From: Myxococcota bacterium | GTDB taxonomy: Bacteria > Myxococcota_A > UBA796 > CAJQPC01 | DNA length: 64,000 nucleotides | Assembly (NCBI GenBank): GCA_036229005.1 | Contig: JAZAMN010000021.1 | Span: forward strand, 21,680-85,679 | Reading direction: 5' to 3' | Part shown: positions 57,834 to 64,000 of the stretch, piece after piece | How the letters are laid out: each line of letters opens with the position of its first letter | How positions within the stretch are numbered: the stretch's first letter is position 1 | The notes under the pieces: generated by a model | Seen by the model: only the letters and a program-made list of their open reading frames with translations | Databases searched by the model: none | Told to the model about the DNA's origin: nothing | Position numbers and translations under genes: made by a program

Positions 57834-58657
57834 CCGCTTTGATGCTGCTCGCCTTCACCGCATGTGGGGGAAAGAAGGCGCCCGTGGCCAGTTGGGACGC
57901 CACCTCTGTGGCTGAGCAGGCCTGGGCCCGCGAGGTCCCCTTCGCCCTCAAGGCCAGCTACACCGTGTCCGTGGACGCCCCCAGCCTGGGCATCAGCGGC
58001 AGCACGCGCGGCGCGCTCCTGGTGCACCGCCCCGGGCGCTTCCGCCTGGAGATCTTCTCGCCTCTGGGCAGCCCGCTGGTCTACGTGGCCAGCGACGGCA
58101 AGGGCGCGAGCCTGTACCTGTTCTCCCAGAACACCTGGATGGGCACCGACAAGGCCGAAGAGACCCTGCGGGAGCTGACCGGGGGCGCCGCGGGTCTGGA
58201 GGACATCATCTCCGTGATGGTGGGGCAGTTGCCCTTCGCGGACGCTGACATCCTGGGCTCCGAGCGGGTGGACAAGGAGACCCTGGCCTACAGCTTCGGC
58301 ACGCCCGTGGGCGGCCGCGCCGACGTGACCCTGCGTGAAGCCGACCTGACCATGCAGTCCCTGCAGGCCTACGATGAGCACGAGAAGCTGAGCTTCGAGG
58401 CCGACTACACGGACTACATGCGGGTGGGCAAGAGCCGGCTCCCCGAGGAGCTCGTGATGGTGATCCCGGGGATCAACCTGACCCTGGAGCTGGACTTCGA
58501 CACCTGGGACGAGCTGGGCGTGATCCCCGACTCTTTCGATGTGCCGGCGCCCCCCAAGGCCAAGAAGGTGGACCTGCTGGTGCTGCTCACCAAGGCCCGC
58601 GAGGCCCGGGAGGAGGGCGTGCAGCCGGCCTCGCTCGATGAGTTGATGAAGGACTGA
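57830..58657 (+). CDS. LolA/LolB-like (DUF4292-type) lipoprotein
   Basis: FTAC lipobox; RPGRFRLEIFSPLG; terminal F..P.P. Confidence 0.65.
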   Translation: MTALMLLAFTACGGKKAPVASWDATSVAEQAWAREVPFALKASYTVSVDAPSLGISGSTRGALLVHRPGRFRLEIFSPLGSPLVYVASDGKGASLYLFSQNTWMGTDKAEETLRELTGGAAGLEDIISVMVGQLPFADADILGSERVDKETLAYSFGTPVGGRADVTLREADLTMQSLQAYDEHEKLSFEADYTDYMRVGKSRLPEELVMVIPGINLTLELDFDTWDELGVIPDSFDVPAPPKAKKVDLLVLLTKAREAREEGVQPASLDELMKD

Positions 58658-58677
58658 GCCGGGACTGAGCGCCCCGC

Positions 58678-60432
58678 TCACCCCACCCGGGCGTCCTCCA
58701 CCACGAGCTGCAGGCGCTCCACGCCCTGCCAGCGGTTCAGGTCCAGCTTGGCGAGCAGCTCGATGGGCTGACCGTCCACGGCCTCGCGCTGGCCGGCGGC
58801 GTTCCACCAGATGAAGTCCACGCTGCCCGCGCTGTGGCGCAGGCGCCCCTTGAGGTGCTTGTCCTTGATCAGGCGGGTGCCCTCGATCCGGCCGCCGCGC
58901 AGCCAGAGCAGGGGCTCGGGGTTGCCCTTGCCGTGGGGCGCGAGCTGCTCCAGGGAGCGGTAGAGGCCCATGCCCAACTCGGCGGCGTCGATGCGGGCGT
59001 CGGCGGCGTGCATGCGTTGGGGGGCCTTGCCCTGGAGCTGCTCGGTGGCGGCGGCGGCGAGGCGCTGGGCGAGGGCGGGGATGTCGGCCTCGGCCAGGGA
59101 GAAGCCGGCGGCGGCGGGGTGGCCGCCGAAGCGGGAGAGCAGGTCGGAGGCGGCCTCCAGGCACTCCACGGCGTGCACCTGGGGGATGGAGCGGGCGCTG
59201 CCGGTGGCCCCGTGGGGGGTGATGGCGATGACCGCGGCGGGGCGGTTGACCTGGTCGCGGATCCGGGCGGCGACGATGCCGGCGACGCCCCGGTGCCACT
59301 GGGGGCCCTCGGGCTGGGCGACGACCACGAAGTCGGGCAGGGGCTTGGGGAGCTCGCGGAAGGCCAGGGTCAGCATGGCCTCCTGAACCGCGCGGCGCTC
59401 GCTGTTGATCTCGTCCAGCTCCTTGGCGCGGGCCTGGGCCAGGTCGGGATCGCCGGTGGTGAGCAGCTCGACCACGCGGGTGGCGCTCTCCAGGCGGCCG
59501 GCGGCGTTGATGCGGGGCCCGATGCGGAAGCCCAGCTCCCGGGAGGTGATCTGGCCCTGGGTGACGCCGGCCACCCGCAGCAGGGCGGCCAGGCCCGGGG
59601 TGTGGCGGTCTTCATTGAGGGACTGCAGGCCCAGGGCGACGATGGCGCGGTTCTCCTGGGTGGAGAGGTCCACGACGTCGGCGACGGTGCCGATGGCGGC
59701 GAGCTTCATCATGGAGCGCAGGATGCGCTCGCGGCTGGGGTGCTCGGCGAGCATGGCCTGGGCCACCTTGAAGCTGACCCCGCAGGCCGCCAGGGCGGTG
59801 TTGGGGTAGCCGCAGCGGTCCTGGGGTGGGCAGAGCACGGCCGTGGCGTCGCCGGGGACGTCCTCGCCCGGGGGCAGGTGGTGGTCGAGCACCAGCACGT
59901 CCACGCCCAGCTCGCGGGCGCGGGTGACGGCGGCGTGATCCTTGACCCCGATGTCGGCGGTCACGATCAGGTTCACGCCGTCCGCGGCGGCCTTCTCGGC
60001 GGCCTGCACGGAGAAGCCGTAGCCTTCGGTCATGCGGTCGGGGATGTGGTAGCTGACGCCCTGCCCGCCCAGCAGGCGCAGGGTGGCCTGGAGGATCAGG
60101 CTGGAGGTGGTGCCGTCTACGTCGTAGTCGGTGACCACCCGGGTCTTCTCCCGGTCGCGGATGGCCTTCTGCAGGCGGGGGAGGGCGATCTCCATGCCGT
60201 GCATGGACATGGGATCGTGCAGCGCGTCCATGTCGGGGTGGAGGATCCTTGCGGCCGAGGTGACCTCGCTTGCGCCGCGCAGAGCCAGACAGCGCGCGAG
60301 CACCCGGGGGTGTCCAGCGGTGGAGAGGGCCTCCAGGACGCCGGGATCCACCTCCCTCAAGACCCACGCGGCCCCGGTCAGAGAGGGTGCGGAGAGGATC
60401 TCACCGGATGGGGGGCTGTGGATTTGGCTCAT
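58678..60432 (-). CDS. recJ: ssDNA exonuclease RecJ
   Basis: DYDVDG, EGYG, DHH, GTVADV, GPRINAAGR, GSARS, FGGH.AAAG. Confidence 0.96.
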   Translation of the reverse strand: MSQIHSPPSGEILSAPSLTGAAWVLREVDPGVLEALSTAGHPRVLARCLALRGASEVTSAARILHPDMDALHDPMSMHGMEIALPRLQKAIRDREKTRVVTDYDVDGTTSSLILQATLRLLGGQGVSYHIPDRMTEGYGFSVQAAEKAAADGVNLIVTADIGVKDHAAVTRARELGVDVLVLDHHLPPGEDVPGDATAVLCPPQDRCGYPNTALAACGVSFKVAQAMLAEHPSRERILRSMMKLAAIGTVADVVDLSTQENRAIVALGLQSLNEDRHTPGLAALLRVAGVTQGQITSRELGFRIGPRINAAGRLESATRVVELLTTGDPDLAQARAKELDEINSERRAVQEAMLTLAFRELPKPLPDFVVVAQPEGPQWHRGVAGIVAARIRDQVNRPAAVIAITPHGATGSARSIPQVHAVECLEAASDLLSRFGGHPAAAGFSLAEADIPALAQRLAAAATEQLQGKAPQRMHAADARIDAAELGMGLYRSLEQLAPHGKGNPEPLLWLRGGRIEGTRLIKDKHLKGRLRHSAGSVDFIWWNAAGQREAVDGQPIELLAKLDLNRWQGVERLQLVVEDARVG

Positions 60433-60478
60433 GTCTGGAATGCTGCTGCCGTAGGTGTGGGGGAAGGAGTAGCTATCC

Positions 60479-62038
60479 GTGATCCGACTGGTCCCCAAGG
60501 CAGATGCCCCTGAGAGCCCGCCGGTGGTCGCCGACCCCAGGCTGAGTGTGCGCCGCGCGGTGCGCCAAGCCCTGGATGGTGGTGATGCGCGTGCGCTGCT
60601 CGGCCCCCTTCTACAGCGTCACCCCGCCCTGGTGGACGCGGTGCTGGAGGATCTGCGGATCTCCCGGCCCGAGGCCGTGTCCCGACTCCGGGACGACCTG
60701 GGACTGGCCCAGGACCCCTGGGACGAGGTGGTGGAGCGCATCAACGACCTGGACCGCCAGGTGTCCGACCCCGCGGAGCGCCTGCGGCTGGCCGCGACCT
60801 TGTTGATCGGCGACACGGAGAACCTGCCGCCTTCGGTGATGGCGCTCTGTCACCAGCCGAGCTCCGCGGCCCTGGTCGCTGCGATGCACGCGGTGGCACA
60901 CGCTGGCGCCCAGCGGCGGGCTCTGGAGGGGCACCTGGTGCGCCTTCGCCGGGGGGGCCTGCACACCGAACCGGGCTTCCTGCTCAACCGTCAGGACTCG
61001 GCGTTCCACGAGGGCTATCTGGAGGGCGACAGCCTGGTGATGATCTTCCGGGAGTACCCGGACGTGTTCACCGTGTTCGTGCTGCAGCTCGGCGTCGGGA
61101 TCGAGGAGCTGATCGTGCGCCCGATAAGCTCCTACAAGGCGCTCACCCAGCTCCTGGGGAGCCCCGATGAGCGCGCCCGGGAGCACCGCACCATCGAGGA
61201 GTGCCGCACCCAGGTCGCCGCGACCATCGCGCGGCTGGGGGATCAGCCCGCCTCGCAGGCCTGGCTCGCGCTGGGACACCTGGTCGAGGAGCGCCTCTAC
61301 AACACCGGCGCTGAGCACCGCGGTGGCTTTGTGGTCGGCGAGGCCGACGCCCGCATGATGGTGGACCGCTTCGCCCGCATCGTCGCCCAGGAGCAGGACA
61401 CGCTGCTGGACGAGATGGTGGCCACGGGCAGCCGCGCGGACGTGTCTCTGGACCTCTATGGGGTGCGCTACCTGCGCCACCTGCTGGGGCTGTCCTTTGG
61501 GGTGAGCCGCCTGGAGGTCTCCATGGAGGAGAGCGGTGAGCTCGGCGGGTACGCCTACGTGGTGGGCCGCACCGACCAGGGGCAGGTGTTGACCCGCACC
61601 CGGCTGGAGCTGTCCCGCGGCGCCGATGGCTGGCTGATCCACGACATCCAGCTCGCTGGCGTGGGCCAGGACGACCGCATCTACCGCCGCATCTGGGAGC
61701 GCCTGACCCCCGGGTTCCCGCTGCCCTTCCGCGACTACGACGGCATGAGCGAGGTCGAGCAGGAGCTCTGCGCGGGCCTGATGGACGAGGGCGCGCGCCT
61801 GGACGAGGTGGCCTCGGCCGTCTTCCTGTCCCGGCAGGCCAACCTGGAGGGCCCCATCGGGGACCTGGCTGTCGCGGTGCACGCCGCCTTCGAGCACGCC
61901 AACGGGCGGGCCTCCAACCTGCGGGCGCTGTGTGAGCGCTACGAGGCGGATGCCGTCGGTGCCGCGACCTTGCTGGAGCAGCTCAAGACCCGGCTGGAGA
62001 TCACGCCCGAAGATGGGCGCTACAAGGTGGCGGAGTAG
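60479..62038 (+). CDS. Hypothetical protein with possible C-terminal helical/HTH domain
   Basis: 519-aa ORF with coding-like codon use; GGAG upstream of GTG. Confidence 0.7.
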   Translation: MIRLVPKADAPESPPVVADPRLSVRRAVRQALDGGDARALLGPLLQRHPALVDAVLEDLRISRPEAVSRLRDDLGLAQDPWDEVVERINDLDRQVSDPAERLRLAATLLIGDTENLPPSVMALCHQPSSAALVAAMHAVAHAGAQRRALEGHLVRLRRGGLHTEPGFLLNRQDSAFHEGYLEGDSLVMIFREYPDVFTVFVLQLGVGIEELIVRPISSYKALTQLLGSPDERAREHRTIEECRTQVAATIARLGDQPASQAWLALGHLVEERLYNTGAEHRGGFVVGEADARMMVDRFARIVAQEQDTLLDEMVATGSRADVSLDLYGVRYLRHLLGLSFGVSRLEVSMEESGELGGYAYVVGRTDQGQVLTRTRLELSRGADGWLIHDIQLAGVGQDDRIYRRIWERLTPGFPLPFRDYDGMSEVEQELCAGLMDEGARLDEVASAVFLSRQANLEGPIGDLAVAVHAAFEHANGRASNLRALCERYEADAVGAATLLEQLKTRLEITPEDGRYKVAE

Positions 62039-62046
62039 GGCCAGGC

Positions 62047-62634
62047 TCAGTCCCCAGCGCTGTCTTCTCCGGCGGTGTCTTCTCCCCAGAGGGCCCGCAG
62101 GTCCAGCGCGACTGCGTCGAAGGGGGGCGCCCGGAGCTCCCGCTCGTCGCCGTAGGCCCCCAGCAGGCGCCAGCTCCCCTGGTCCAGGGCGAAGGTCTCC
62201 ACGGTCTTGAGGATCGGGTCCACCAGCCAGAGGTGCTTGACCCCGGCGGCGGCGTAGCGCGGCATCTTCAAGAGCCGGTCGATGCGGGCGGTGGAGGGTG
62301 AGAGCACCTCGCACACCCAGTCTGGCGCCAGCGAGAAGTAGGCCGTGTCCGGGAGCTTGGGGAGGCGCTCGCGGCGCCAGCCGGCCAGGTCAGGGACCAG
62401 GACGTCGTCACCCAGGTGCAGCTCTGGCTCGAAGAGGATCCACCAGCCCCCGGGGCCGCCGCGGCCTTGGTGGTAAGCAGGACCGATTGAGGCCACCAGG
62501 ACGGCCGTTGCGTTCGCATTGCGGGGCGACGGCCGGGGCGAGGCGTACAGACCACCGGCGATCAGCTCCCCGACCACGTTCTCCGGCAGGTCGAGCAGGT
62601 CGTCGTAGGTCGCCATTCCGTCGGCGGTGCTCAT
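62047..62634 (-). CDS. Uma2-family (PD-(D/E)XK-like) endonuclease
   Basis: GRGGPGGWWILFEPE, VPDLAGW, PDWVCEVLSPST, WLVDP. Confidence 0.93.
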   Translation of the reverse strand: MSTADGMATYDDLLDLPENVVGELIAGGLYASPRPSPRNANATAVLVASIGPAYHQGRGGPGGWWILFEPELHLGDDVLVPDLAGWRRERLPKLPDTAYFSLAPDWVCEVLSPSTARIDRLLKMPRYAAAGVKHLWLVDPILKTVETFALDQGSWRLLGAYGDERELRAPPFDAVALDLRALWGEDTAGEDSAGD

Positions 62635-62695
62635 GTCCCCAGCCTACACCCCCGACGCCGCCTCGCCCAGCGACTCTGGGGCGTTAGGAGCCCCC

Positions 62696-63541
62696 ATGCT
62701 CGCGACGCTGCCTTTCTGGGATCCCGACCAGTTCCCCCTGTCCATCCACCTCTTTGAGCTGGACGGCGTGCCCATCGCCCTGCGCTCCTTCGGTGTGCTG
62801 GCGGCCTTCGGCTTCTGGTTCGGCACCGAGGTCGCCGCCCGCAAGGCCCAGCGCGACGGCCTGAACCCCGAGATCCCCCGCAGCCTGATCGGCTGGCTCA
62901 TCCTGGGCGCCTGGATCGGCGGTCGCCTGAGCCACGAGCTCTTCTACGAGGACTTCTTCGCCCGCATCTCCACCGTCCCCATGGAGGTCCTCACCCCCAT
63001 GGGCGGCCTGAGCTCCATCGGCGGTCTGACCGCCTGCATCCTGATCGTCATCTGGCGCCTCAAGATCGTCGAGAAGGTGCCCTTCTGGCCCTACGCCGAC
63101 ACCGTGGTCTACGGCCTGATGTTCGGCTGGATCTTCGGCCGCCTGGGCTGCGCATCGGTGCACGACCACCCCGGCATCGTCAGCAGCTTCCCTCTGGCCG
63201 TCGACGGCATCTGCGAGGGCGGCTGGGGTGACACCAGCGTGGCCTGCCACGACCTGGGCCTCTACGAGGCGCTGTGGGCCATGACCGGCGCCGCCATCTT
63301 CAAGTGGCTGGACCGCAAGCCCCGCCCGGCGGGCTTCTTTGTGTCCATGATCGCCCTGCTCTACGGTCCCTTCCGCTTCTCCAGCGACTTCCTGCGCACC
63401 ATCGATATCCGTCACCTGGGGCTCACCGCCGCTCAGTGGTGGGCGGTGGGCATGGTGCTCACCGGCATCATCGTGTTGGTCCTTCGCCGGAACGCGAAGC
63501 CCTACGAGCCGGTGGCGCAGGGGCCGGTAGCGGAGGGCTGA
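62696..63541 (+). CDS. lgt: Prolipoprotein diacylglyceryl transferase
   Basis: GGLSSIGG, FGRLGC...HDH.G, LYE, RF..DFLR. Confidence 0.85.
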   Translation: MLATLPFWDPDQFPLSIHLFELDGVPIALRSFGVLAAFGFWFGTEVAARKAQRDGLNPEIPRSLIGWLILGAWIGGRLSHELFYEDFFARISTVPMEVLTPMGGLSSIGGLTACILIVIWRLKIVEKVPFWPYADTVVYGLMFGWIFGRLGCASVHDHPGIVSSFPLAVDGICEGGWGDTSVACHDLGLYEALWAMTGAAIFKWLDRKPRPAGFFVSMIALLYGPFRFSSDFLRTIDIRHLGLTAAQWWAVGMVLTGIIVLVLRRNAKPYEPVAQGPVAEG

Positions 63542-63545
63542 GGGG

Positions 63546-63561
63546 CTGGAGGGCCCTCCAG
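63546..63561. terminator. 16-bp perfect palindrome between convergent genes
   Basis: CTGGAGGGCCCTCCAG. Confidence 0.4.
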
Positions 63562-63578
63562 ACACCGCGGCCCACCGC

Positions 63579-63936
63579 TCAGCGCTGCAGCCCATACAGC
63601 AGCCGGTCGAGCCTCTCGATGACGGCGAGGTGCGTCGTGGCCTGACCCAGCAGGTCGAGCACCGCGTAGACCTCGAGCAGGGACCCCTTGGCGATACGAA
63701 AGTGAGGTCGAATCGCAGCATGGCCCCAGCGGGGTCATGCTCGAATCTGGCCGGCCCGCGTTGGTCTGGCGACCGCGGCCCATCCCTTCGGCGATGTTGA
63801 GCACCACGGAGTCCGCTGCGCGGATGCCCTGGTCGCGGAGGTGTGCGCGGTGCTTGGGGAAGTCGAGGCGCGCGACTGAGCGGTTGAGGTCAATCGCGAG
63901 CTTGTAGGCATCGAGGTTCTGAATCGAGAGCGGCAT
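63579..63936 (-). pseudogene. Four-helix-bundle (23S rRNA IVP/Avd-like) protein disrupted by a 43-bp insertion
   Basis: LDAYKLA, LRDQ..RAA.SV.LNIAEG in one frame; HFRIAKGSLLEV in another; span is 3n+1. Confidence 0.8.
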
Positions 63937-64000
63937 GGAGTCTCCAAGGCCGCCGGGGTTCAGGAGTGGCGGCCCGCTCAAAGCGAAGCGGGGCCGACAC

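Noticed and set aside
62047..62634. Uma2 nuclease as a defence system
   Set aside because: Solitary member of a commonly expanded family with no partner genes
63579..63936. Diversity-generating retroelement (Avd)
   Set aside because: No reverse transcriptase or TR/VR pair in the window; sequence beyond 64000 is unseen

Overview
High-GC bacterial chromosomal window, most likely Myxococcota-like (inferred from MopE-type Ca-binding repeat proteins, a MYXO-CTERM-like tail and many short-signal lipoproteins). No rRNA, tRNA, CRISPR array, integrase or transposase was recognised. In order, it contains: a MopE-repeat surface protein; a his operon with a His-rich leader-peptide attenuator and eukaryote-like fusions (HisH-HisF; HisA-HisI-HisE resembling fungal His4); a MacAB/TolC/two-component block with a symmetric operator, flanked by two paralogous lipoproteins; a sulfotransferase; a six-repeat Cys lipoprotein; an M16 peptidase pair; ilvE; a polymorphic toxin with a duplicated, decaying immunity array; a porin/PBP/CheA-like kinase triad whose PBP is frameshifted; an ATP-grasp enzyme; a rhodanese; an intergenic array of exactly 31-bp-phased inverted motifs; an FG-GAP protein; glgP; a xanthine-dehydrogenase-like trio whose large subunit has lost its Moco motifs; an OmpA-domain protein; a FabL-like reductase; murJ; an MCE operon with a non-MlaE permease; recJ; Uma2; lgt; and a four-helix-bundle gene interrupted by a 43-bp hairpin insertion. 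All family calls come from motifs recognised by eye, not from database searches.
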